Source: Octopus sinensis (Eukaryota). Taken from it: 64,000 nucleotides of DNA. Where the stretch lies: the NCBI RefSeq assembly GCF_006345805.1, contig NC_043008.1:10726001-10790000 (forward strand), written 5' to 3'. The number at the start of each line of letters is the position of its first letter. Position 1 is the stretch's first letter. The notes below the pieces were generated by a model. The model was not told where the DNA came from. It worked only from the letters and a program-made list of their open reading frames with translations, and made no database searches. Positions 53,112 through 64,000 of the stretch are shown piece after piece. A program made the position numbers and the translations under genes.

Positions 53112-53616
53112 GAAAGACGAAGAATGATGTAAAAATTTATTTTTGTAACTTGTAATTTTAATTTTTGAATTTTTGTGATTATCATTTTGATTTAAATTGA
53201 TTTAAATTGAACAGTGATTTCGAGGGGTTATCGGTCGGCGGGCGCCGGTGCCCTCCCATTATTATTATTATTTTTCCATCTTTGTCGTTTTCATACTCTC
53301 TAATGTCTCTGTCCAACCCGCAGCTACCTTTATCTGTGTGCGACCTTCATGGTAAATTCGATGAAATAAAGTATTTCATTTTACATTCTAATGTTTTCTG
53401 TTGATTTCCAAATTACTGTATACCAAACTGGTTAGTTTCTCAACGATTTTACTCCTTTAAAATTAGTTTATATCAAACTTATTTCAGACCCTGCATGCTG
53501 TATGAATCCAAAGTGGGCTCTGGGCTCCCCAGCAATGAAAGCTGCAAGATATAGTCGTTATATCTGAACATGCCAACAATGGTTTGGCCAATTTTGCTCC
53601 ACAAATATTTTTCTCG

Positions 53617-53663
<47 letters not shown>

Positions 53664-53684
53664 ATATATATATTTACACGACGG

Positions 53685-53782
53685 GTTTCTTTTAGTTTCC
53701 GCCAACCAAACCACCTCAGAAGGCTTTGGTCGGTTCGAGGCTGTGGTTGGGAAACTAGCTTCTTACCACATAGCCATGCCTG
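53685..53782 (-). mobile_element. SINE family A 5' module, diverged
   Basis: ACACGACGGGTTTCTTTTAGTTTCCG..CTTACCACATAGCCATGCCTGCG. Confidence 0.75.
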
Positions 53783-53788
53783 CGTATC

Positions 53789-53891
<103 letters not shown>

Positions 53892-54987
53892 CATCTAATA
53901 GCAGTTTAACCCAATTTGTGTTTGTATGTCTGATCGATAGCTGGGTCGTACATAATACTACTAACTTGAAGAATAAAAGAGAAAGCAATGTAAGGAGATA
54001 TGAAATAGCTATTTTTTGAGTGAAATACATTGTGGGTATTCCCAGATACCTGTAAGGAAATCTTTGAATTAACAGAGTTATGAAAGAACAAAGGATACAT
54101 ATCAGATAGGTTTTAAACAGGATATTTGTATGTGGAATGAGTCAGAAGATTGTTGGCCTGTCTAAGCTTTGAATTTTTGATTTTATTTATTGAGATTTAG
54201 ATTATTTGGTTGGGGATGGCGGTGTGGTTTAGGTATAAGTGTATGTGTGTATATTTGTGGCGGTATGTGATGGAAATAGGGATGAATTTGGGATGTTGGT
54301 AAACTGTTGTGTATACGTATGTGTGCGTATAAGTGTATATATGCTGGTATAGCTGCTTATATGGACGTGTGTGTTGTGTGATGCGAGTGTAAGCGTGTCT
54401 CTGTGTATGTGTGTGCGTGAGGATGTATGTGTGCGTGTACAATGCGGTAGAACTGGTAGGCGTGGCTCAATGAAACAATGGAAATCAGCGAAATTAGCGT
54501 AAGTAAAAAAAAAAAGTTAAAGTGTCTGTTTGGTTAGCCATAAAATCTAGATTGGTAACTTTTATTGAAAAGCATTTCTCCGCTAGCCATTACCACTAAT
54601 AACTGCTCACTTGTTATTTATGAGACTAAAATTTCAGTATCAAGGGTCATTTGGGATGGACAATAAACGATGGCTGGAGGAGAGGTTTTTATGAATTTAT
54701 GGTACGAAAGAGAGATAGAGATAGAGGGAGAAAGTAAGGGGGAGGGGAGAGAGCAGAGAGGGAGAGAGAAGAGGTTATAAAAAAAAATGAAGGGCGGAGT
54801 GAAATGGCGAACTATGACCAGATGTTAAGATGTGAATATGTGGGGAAATCTGTAAAAGCGCGAGAAAGAAGAGATGTGTTGTAAGAAATTTGTTGGTTGC
54901 GGATGTATGAATGTATGTGGGTGTAAAGAGGACTCTGATTTAGTAAAGTAGAATAGATACTTGCATGTGTGTGTGTGTGTGGAATAA

Positions 54988-55702
54988 AAAACAACTAAAT
55001 CACGGGTTTTTACTTAGACTGTGTCTAAAATCGACGGTTGAAGCACACTTGATCAGGAGCCCGTTCAATCAGGATTTACCTGAGACTAAACAACAATTAC
55101 TATAAACAACTAAATCACGGGTTTTTACTTAGACTGTGTCTAAAATTGATGGTTGAAGCACACTTGATCAGGAGCCCGTTCAATCAGGATTTACCTGAGA
55201 CTAAACAACAATTACTATAAACAACTAAATCACGGGTTTTTACTTAGACTGTGTCTAAAATCGACGGTTGAAGCACACTTGATCAGGAGCCCGTTCAATC
55301 AGGATTTACCTGAGACTAAACAACAATTACTATAAACAACTAAATCACGGGTTTTTACTTAGACTGTGTCTAAAATCGACGGTTGAAGCACACTTGATCA
55401 GGAGCCCGTTCAATCAGGATTTACCTGAGACTAAACAACAATTACTATAAACAACTAAATCACGGGTTTTTACTTAGACTGTGTCTAAAATCGACGGCGT
55501 GGCCATGGTTGAAGCACACTTGATCAGGAGCCTGTTCAATCAGGATTTACCTGAGACTAAACAACAATTACTATAAACAACTAAATCACGGGTTTTTACT
55601 TAGACTGTGTCTAAAATCGACGGCGTGGCCATGGTTGAAGCACACTTGATCAGGAGCCTGTTCAATCAGGATTTACCTGAGACTAAACAACAATTACTAT
55701 AA
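54988..55702. repeat. Tandem satellite of six units (four of 115 bp and two of 126 bp)
   Basis: ACAACTAAATCACGGG recurs at 54991, 55106, 55221, 55336, 55451 and 55577. The last two units carry an 11-bp insert (CGTGGCCATGG). Confidence 0.97.
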
Positions 55703-56252
55703 TGCACAGAATTTTGGTGAAATACACAAAATATCCCCACAGCATGGCATTCCGTTGTAATACGCCTCAATACATCAACCTTATCTCTTACATAACTGTG
55801 CTTACGACGGCCATAGCTGAAAGAGAGACAATAGTTACAAACTCTAATACTAGCGTTCAGCATGTTTGGGAGCCATTGAACACTCCGAAATTTCCCATAA
55901 GAATCAGAAATATCTGTTAAATTGCCTATAAAATAGACAGGCATGATTATTGAAGCTCGAGTATTTTTTTTATCATTAAATTTTGCAATTACTGAACAGC
56001 CAAAGGTTATTTCACATTGTACAGAGTCAAGTAATAAAGATTGTTCAAAATAAAGGCTATAAATGCAACAGCTGCTGCAAAAGCAGGCAAAACAATAAAA
56101 ACAACGAAAGAAATTGTGATTTCTGTCAAATCAAATGGAAAGAATAGAAAATTTTAAACGGTTGCTCATTCAAAAATAACTCCAAATGAATGAAAGCAGT
56201 GTCGGGTCTTTTACATATTGTCACTGAATTCCGAGAAAGATACGAGCAATGA

Positions 56253-56656
56253 ACTCTTTACTCTTTTTTAGTCTTTTACTTGTTTCAGTCATTTGACTGC
56301 GGCCATGCTAGAGCACCGCCTTTAATCGAGCAAATCGACCCCGGGACTTATTCTTTGTAAGCCCAGTACTTATTCTATCGGTCTCTTTTGCCGAACCGCT
56401 AAGTGACGGGGACGTAAACACACCAGCATCGGTTGTCAAGCAATGCTAGGGGGACAAACACAGACATATACACATATATATATATATATACACATATACG
56501 ACAGGCTTCTTTCAGTTTCCGTCTACCAAATACACTCACAAGGCATTGGTCGGCCCGGGGCTATAGCAGAAGACACTTGCCCAAGGTGTCACGCAGTGGG
56601 ACTGAACCCGGAACCATGTGGCTGGTTAGCAAACTACTTTCCACACAGCCGCTCCT
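56253..56656 (-). mobile_element. SINE family A, full length
   Basis: All modules are present in reverse complement. Confidence 0.93.
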
Positions 56657-56779
56657 GTTCAGATATTTTTATAATGATTCAAATAAAGACACTAATATGT
56701 ATTTGTACACTCAGACGATTTGAGGATTGTCTGTATGGGGATTATCTGTATAAGACAGGATGTGTAACTCGGAGAACAG

Positions 56780-57480
56780 GGGAGTCTTTCTAGGTCGATC
56801 CGATATTTCTTCGCATCAAATCGTTGCACCTCAGGTACCACGGACATGTGATTAAAATGCTACTGGAAAGAATCGCAAGACGAATTCTTCATGACGAGCT
56901 AACCGGGGATCTTTTCGGTTTGAATGGCAGTTTTTTCTAGCGGTGTCATATGAAATGGTCACCCATAATTATGACCCTAGAATCGATCTATTGCATTTCA
57001 ATCTCTTTTAGGGTTAGAGTTAGGGGTGGGGGAAGGAAATCTTTTTTTCTTCACAAATGTAAATAAACCCAATCTATTTCTTAAACGAGGGACATATTCA
57101 TACGGCACAGAATGCTTTTTAACTCAATAGACGTCACTGATTAGTTGAAATTGCGGAAATTGAAGAAAAAAAACAACAAATATATTATAAACTATAGAAT
57201 TTTCTCAAGAAAGCCAAGAGAAAAAGATGTTTTATAAACACATTCTACCAGTATACGAAGTTAAAAAATTTTTAGTTACCTAGAAATTATGTTAAAAACT
57301 GCCGTTCAAACCGAAAAGATCCCTAACCGGCAGGAGACTTAGGGGTAGACCAAAAACGAGATGGGTGGATAATATCCATAGTCTCATTTTGTCATGCTTG
57401 AAAATTCACTCGGAAAGTGTAATGAAGGCTGTTTGTGATAGAACCCTATGGAGGAAATGTCTGAGGACTCAACCACCACG
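56780..57480 (+). pseudogene. RTE-like LINE 3' ORF relic interrupted by the MITE
   Basis: Removing the MITE and one TSD gives RIKSLHLRYHGHVIKM..ERIARRILHDELTGRRLRGRPKTRWVDNI (LRW.GHV.R..R.RGRP..RW.D pattern). Confidence 0.8.
56907..57322 (+). mobile_element. Non-autonomous TIR element (MITE), Merlin-like
   Basis: 29-bp TIRs with one mismatch, a perfect 8-bp TSD CTAACCGG (56899-56906 and 57323-57330), and internal TTAGGGTTAGAGTTAGGG. Confidence 0.92.
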
Positions 57481-58198
57481 ACTCAATAATGGGCAGCGAA
57501 AAAGGTGACTGTATGGATGTACAAAGAATAATTACCTATAGAATAAATATATTAATATAATTATGATATTAAACAGTAACCGTGGAAATTCCACGGATGT
57601 TTTAAAACTAAGATTATTGAAAGTTTAAGGGAAAGAATGAAACACATAATTTCCTTTGAAATTCAGTTTATTGAAGCTTTTGATTCTTGAAAATGTTATA
57701 AATTACACATAAGTAGGAGTGAAAGTGTAGCCTTAGGAGAGGAGAGCTTTAGAAATTATTTTCTTTGTGAGGTACTTGTGGCCTCCTTTAAATTTGACTA
57801 TTGTTAAGTGTTCTTTTTACTTTTACATCAAGAAGTGAATGTGTTTTGGAAAGTAGGCGTACAATTGTGCAGATAAAACACTGCTCCACCTCTCTACATT
57901 TTCCTATTGTTATTAAAATTCTTGAAAATATGTTGAAAGAATAATTATATGGCAAACATTTTAAAGCAATTTAAAACATATAGAATGAAATCGAAGACGT
58001 TATATATAAAATTCTGAAACGGTTCAACATCGTTGATAAAACTTTAAAATATCTTGACACATTGTAAAACATACTTGTTTTCATATTAGAGAAAAAAGCA
58101 TATTGCTGGTTTTGAACCCTCAGTCTTGTGAACGAAGTGCAATAACCACCGTAGCAGTAAATTATATAGCAGACTTATTTTAAAATATTTATTTTTAA

Positions 58199-58706
58199 GT
58201 TGTGTCTGGGGAGAGTTATTTTCTTTTTGTAGGAGGCGCAATGGCCCAGTGGTTAGGGCAGCGGACTCGCGGTCGTAGGATCGCGGTTTCGATTATCAGA
58301 CCGGGCGTTGTGAGTGTTTATTGAGCGAAAACACCTAAAGCTCCACGAGGCTCCGGCAGGGTATGGTGGTGATCCCTGCTGTACTCTTTCACCACAACTT
58401 TCTCTCACTCTTACTTCCTGTTTCTGTTGTACCTGTATTTCAAAGGGCCGGCCTTGTCACTCTCTGTGTCACGCTGAATATCCCCGAGAACTACGTTAAG
58501 GGTACACGTGTCTGTGGAGTGTTCAGCCACTTACACGTTAATTTCACGAGCAGGCTGTTCCGTTGATCGGATCATCCGGAACCCTCGTCGTCGTATCCAT
58601 CCATTTTCTTTTTGTGCCTTATAATGTAACACACTCACCGGTAAAATTTTCACTTTTTTTTCTCACATTATAAGGCACAAAAAGAAAATGACTCTCCCCA
58701 GACACA
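58199..58706. repeat. Small hairpin element (arms of about 44 bp) split by a SINE C insertion
   Basis: GTTGTGTCTGGGGAGAG..TTTTCTTTTTGTGCCTTATAATGT and its reverse complement ending ..CCCCAGACACAAC. Confidence 0.8.
58231..58602 (+). mobile_element. SINE family C, full length, with a 13-bp TSD
   Basis: TGGCCCAGTGG A box and GTTTCGATT B box. ATTTTCTTTTTGT lies at 58218-58230 and 58603-58615. Confidence 0.93.
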
Positions 58707-59558
58707 ACATAATATGCTTCAACACACGAACTCATATAAAGTATCTTGCAAACCAAATTTGTAAATATTGTGCAAATTACGCATGTTTCATTTCATAGTA
58801 AAGTGGCATACGTGTTGAACCAGAGTAGAATCTTCTTATTATTATGACCCTGCACGCGTACACGAAAGCATGGTATTGGAATCTCTCATGCTTGTCAGTG
58901 TGTTTGCAAAATAACTGGAAAACAACCGAATGGATTTTCACCAAAATTGACAGAAATTTTCATTGGTTCGAAATGGTGAAAATTGGGTTTGATTTTCTTC
59001 AAGCATACATAAATACATACATAGATATGTAACTCTGTGTGTGTGTGTGTGTGTACAGTGATGGATTCTGCTTCACCGGAGTATAAATACCTATAATAGT
59101 GAAACACTTCTCAAAATTCTATGCAACATTTTATATAGGTATTTCATTTTGTTTACTTTCTTTTTCATATGAATTGACACTCGTCTGCGTGTGTATAGAT
59201 CATGGTGTACCTATGTGCGTAGACACGTGTGGGTACATGCATACATAGATATGCGACTGTGAGTAAGCGTGCGCACACGTGTGTGTGTGTGTGTGTGTGT
59301 ACTGTGATGGGTTCGAGGGTTTCGTTTATTTACAAGTTGATTTCTTAATTTCATGGGAGTATAAATACCTATCATGGTGATACCTACAAAAAAGAAAAAA
59401 ATTACTTCAGTTCAATTAAAAAGTAGGAGCAAGCAACACATTGTAAACCACACTATAATTTGCGAAAAGATTAATCTGCGCGCAGGGTATTCATCGCCGC
59501 TCCGAGGCCGTTTTTTAAAAGTTACTATTATTATTATCATTAGTAGTGGTAGTATGAA

Positions 59559-59997
59559 GACGGCGAGCTGGCAGAATCGTTAGCACGCCGGGCGAAATGC
59601 TTAGCGGTATTTCACCTGCCGCTACGTTCTGAGTTCAAATTCTGCCGAGGTCGACTTTGCCTTTCATCCTTTCGGGGTCTATAAATTAAGTACCAGTTAC
59701 GCACTGGGGTCGATGTAATCGACTTAATCCGTTTGTCTGTCCTTGTTTGTCCCCTCTGTGTTTAGCCCCTTGTGGGTAATAAAGAAATAGGTATTTCACC
59801 TGCCGCTACGTTCTGAGTTCAAATTCTGCCGATGTCGACTTTGCCTTTCATCCTTTCGGGGTCGATAAATTAAGTACCAGTTACGCAATGGGGTTGACGT
59901 AATCGACTTAATTCGTTTGTCTGTCCTTGTTTGTCCTCTCTGTGTTTAGCCTCTTGTGGGCAGTAAAGAAATAGGTATTTCGTCTGCCGCTACGTTT
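59559..59997 (+). mobile_element. SINE family B concatemer (full unit, A-box-less unit and the start of a third)
   Basis: Junction GAAATAGGTATTTC at 59784-59797 and 59968-59981 (period 184). Confidence 0.93.
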
Positions 59998-60165
59998 TGC
60001 TGGTGTGTTTACGTCCCCGTAACCTAGCAGTTCGGCAAAAGGAGACCGATAGAATAAGTACAAGGCTTACAGAGAGTAAGTCCTGGGGTCGATTTGCTCG
60101 ACTAAAGGTGGTGCTCCTGTATGGCCACAGTCAAATGACTGAAACAAATAAAATAGTAAATAGTA
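59998..60165 (+). mobile_element. SINE family A 3' module fused directly to the B concatemer
   Basis: GCTACGTTT runs straight into TGCTGGTGTGTTTACGTCCCCG. Confidence 0.88.
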
Positions 60166-60371
60166 GTAAATAGTATACAACACAAACGTTTATTCGTAGA
60201 AGAATCTCTCTTTCTTTTTTCTCTCCCCTCTCTCTGTCCTTTCTCTTCCATCATACTCAACTCTTCTTCTCTTTGCTGGTCTTTGGCCTATACGTTGTTT
60301 TTCTCTTAATGGACGCAGATTTCTACTACCAAATAACCCTTCGCCCATAACATACTATACATATATATATG

Positions 60372-60686
60372 AAATTAGAAAAAACTACCTTTTATCAATT
60401 CAAAATGAACAATTAAATTACATCATCTAGGAAATTACATATGATAGAAATATTAAAATCAAAATAACAGTAAAATACCAATGATTAAGTAAATTGCAAA
60501 AACAATAATAAAAACGTATATAATTGGTATTATATTTTTTATTATTTTTATTATTTTTTTGCAATTTACTTAATCATTGGTATTTTATTGTTATTTTAAT
60601 TTTAATATTTCTATTATATGTAATTTTCTAGATGGTGTAATTTAATTGTTCATTTTGAATTGATAAAAGGTGTTTTTTTCTAATTT
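60372..60686. repeat. Long inverted repeat (arms of about 143 bp, loop of about 30 bp) flanked by (TA)n
   Basis: AAATTAGAAAAAA..CCTTTTATCAATTCAAAATGAACAATTAAATTACA and its reverse complement. A single copy of the family lies at 9195. Confidence 0.92.
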
Positions 60687-61659
60687 TATATATATATATA
60701 TATATATAAATATATATATACGTGTGTGTCTGTTTGAGGAGAGAGAGAAGAGAGAGAGAGAAATAGAGAGGGAGAGAGATTAAGTGTAGACTTTGTAAGG
60801 GAGAGTAGAGAAGGGAATAAATTTTTACCTCAATATTTTTTTCCTATAAAAGTTGTTTACATTTGCTGCGTACCAATCTTTTGAAAGACTTTTGATTAGT
60901 GATTAACAGAATATTGTCTAGACATTTCCCACTTGCTGGAAAACACACCAGCAATACTTCTGCAGCGAAGTACTCGAGCTTTAGGTGTGAAATTCTCAGA
61001 ATATAGAGTCTATGAAAGCAATACCAATGGCGTCTGTTGATAGATAACGTTTTCTGAGTATAATTTAAAAGCGATTCAGAAACGCACCATATGTTGAGAG
61101 GTACGACCCGCAGCGCTTCTTGAAGTAAACGAATAAAATTTGGCTGATTGCAGAGAACATCAAAAGTATGATGTAGTATGATGAAGTTCAGTATCGATTA
61201 TTAGCGAAGAAGAATTTCTTCCGACGAAGGATTCATCAATTCTCCCCCACAACACTACTCAATCTCATGCATGTACACACACGTACGCACGCACACGCAC
61301 GCACATACACACACACATACACACACATACTGGGTGTGTATTAAAAGGAATACAGGAAGTTATCATGAGACTTCATAAAATAAAGAACGTCACATGATCA
61401 TCTATTTTCGTATAGTTTACTAAATATGGTTCTTGTCATTCTTCATGCAAGTTAAATCAAAGAATTCGATGGAATTAATAAAATTTGTATGCACTACAAG
61501 CCTTCATATTTGTACACACATTTACACTCCACCATGCATACACACATACATACATACATACATACATACACACATACATACATACATACATACACACATA
61601 CTTACATACATATATACATTCGTATATAAATATATATACATGCATACATACATATATGT

Positions 61660-61930
61660 GGAGGCACATGACCGAGTGGTTAGCGGGTTCGAATCTCAGA
61701 CCGGGCGATGTGTGTGTTTATGAGCGAAACACCTAAGCTCCACGCGGCTCCGGCAGAAGGTAATGGCGAATTTCTGCTGACTCTTTCGCCACAACTTTCT
61801 CTCACTCTTTCCTTCTCCATCTTGCACCTCACCTTCGATGCACCGGCGTCCCATGTAGGTGGGGAACCTATACGCAAAGGAAATTGGGAAACCAGCTGTT
61901 ATGAGCCAGGCATGGCTCGAGAAGGAACAT
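61660..61930 (+). mobile_element. SINE family C 5' part joined to a different SINE tail
   Basis: GAGGCACATGACCGAGTGGTTAG..GAGCGAAACACCTAAGCTCCACG..CAACTTTCTCTCACTC, then GGGGAACCTATACGC..ATGAGCCAGGC. Confidence 0.7.
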
Positions 61931-61960
61931 ACATACATGCATATATTGTGCATACATTCA

Positions 61961-62075
<115 letters not shown>

Positions 62076-62080
62076 TATAT

Positions 62081-62289
62081 ACTCTTTACACTTTTACTCT
62101 TTTACTTGTTTCAGTCATTTGACTGCGGCCATGCTGGAGCACCGCCTTTAGTCGAGAAATCGACCAGAAGAACTTATTCTTTGTAAGCCCAGTGCTTATT
62201 TTATCGGTCTCTTTTGCCGAACCGCTAAGTGACGGGGACGTAAACACACCAGCATCGGTTGTCAAGCAATGCTAGGGGGACAAACGCAG

Positions 62290-62376
<87 letters not shown>
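62081..62376 (-). mobile_element. SINE family A 3' module plus (TA)n
   Basis: Reverse complement of the A tail and 3' module. Confidence 0.9.
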
Positions 62377-62380
<4 letters not shown>

Positions 62381-62844
62381 AACAGCCCTTCTTATCTTGT
62401 TCTCCTTGTCCTGTCTCTCACTGTTATATATCTATTTTTCCACTGTTTATATATATATTTTTTACTGTTTATTTGTTTGTACTGTCGTTACCGTCTTGCT
62501 TTTTTTTACCCCTCTGCGAAAAGATCTCAGAATTTTAATTGATTTGCTTTTCGCGGGAAGGAATTTTTCTTCGAAGTATACGTCTCGCTTTTATCCTTCG
62601 AAACGTTTAGTAGATGAAATCTTAGCGACTGAAGAAGGGGTTTTTTCGTTGTGCTTATTGTCCTGTATCTCTCTCTTTTTTTTGCTTGTCTTGTTCCTTG
62701 GTTTGTGTCTATGTGTTTCGTCTCTCTATGTGTTCGACGTCTTTTTGGTGTCCTGTACACATATATGCGTGTATATGTACATGTAGAGGTAGGTACGTAC
62801 ATATATGTTTATATATATGCATATGTTCTATTTTATTAACATAT

Positions 62845-62877
<33 letters not shown>

Positions 62878-63946
62878 CTATATATATATATGTATATATA
62901 AATTTATAACATATATATATAATGTATATATATACGCAGAGACACACATACGCACACAGAAACAAACATTTATAGTCAAATATCTATCTTATCTCTTTAC
63001 ACACACACACACCACACACACACACACACCACACACACACACAACACACACACACACACACACACAACACACACCACACACACACACACACAAATATGTA
63101 CATAGGTAGATATATACGCATATATATATATATAATATATATATATATATGGTGGAAGTGAAACGTAGTCGCTAAAGGGTTTAGCCGAAAGAAAGTGTTG
63201 GCGAGATATAGATCTAATGATTAACTGCAATCAATTTTAAAAGATGCAACAAGTGAACAACTTTGGTCGACTGAAGTAATTCTAATAACTCCTGCCCACT
63301 AAGTAAGTAACTAGTGATTAGCGGCAAGATCAATGTCAATTGAACTGGCTCAAAAGTAGCACATAACAACAGATCTAAAAGCAAGTGCAACAAAAGTCTT
63401 GTGCGACGACGACGTTCTGACTGCATCGGCGTTGATAAACAAGAGACGGCAGCTAAGCGAAAGGTGAGACATAAACGGTGACAAAAACAATAAGTGATTA
63501 GCCGGTCCTAATGAATTAGATTCTGTGGCCAAACCGTTGATCGGAGATCGTTCAAACGTTGTAATAAAGTAAAATATTCGTTCATTGAAGTGTCCATAAA
63601 AATAGTGATAATATTAGAAAATTTATAACTCGGATTGTCCAAGAAATCAAGTAAGCCTCATCAAAAAGGCAGATCAAACGAAAGCGAACGAGGAAATCGG
63701 TTCGAAACTAAAATTAAATCTTACATACATGACGAAACAAATCTATTACCAGACACACAGAGAGATCGTGCTTACCATTTTAATGTTGTTTATTTAGTTT
63801 TTACTTTTACTTTTGATTTTATTTTATTTTGTAAGTTCATATACACCACTTCATGGTAATTTCACTTAACACTTTACTTCGAGCTCCTGTCTCCTTCTCC
63901 AATGGTTACATACTTTAAACGACCATTTCTGACTCTGATGTTACAT

Positions 63947-63950
<4 letters not shown>

Positions 63951-63998
<48 letters not shown>

Positions 63999-64000
63999 TC
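63951..64000. repeat. (TTTC)n microsatellite running to the window end
   Basis: Direct reading. Confidence 0.97.

Noticed and set aside
53109-53130. TGA as selenocysteine with a downstream SECIS
   Set aside because: The downstream hairpin lacks the AUGA/GA quartet and apical AA geometry of a SECIS.
54988-55702. CRISPR-like regular array
   Set aside because: Whole units are repeated with no unique spacers, there are no cas genes, and the context is eukaryotic.

Overview
AT-rich, repeat-dominated eukaryotic DNA with one 100-N scaffold gap. The SINE repertoire and microsatellite load are most consistent with an octopus or other coleoid cephalopod, which is an inference from recalled SINE motifs. 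No complete protein-coding gene, rRNA, true tRNA gene or CRISPR array is visible. Almost all long ORFs in the track are microsatellite artefacts or decayed transposon frames. The window holds four or five tRNA-derived SINE families (about 35 copies or fragments), three Tc1/mariner relics, two copies of a Merlin-like MITE with 8-bp TSDs and internal TTAGGG repeats, and relics of R4/Dong, RTE and Penelope-like (PLE) retroelements. It also has a 3.8-kb (AAT)n array with an internal duplication, a 115/126-bp tandem satellite, and several long inverted repeats. The best candidate host exon is a plus-strand terminal coding exon at 52967-53111. The most interesting signals are two near-complete minimal hammerhead ribozyme folds next to (TA)n tracts (48308-48381 minus, 14868-14915 plus) and a SINE that recurs as 184-bp head-to-tail concatemers with the same palindromic junction at four loci.
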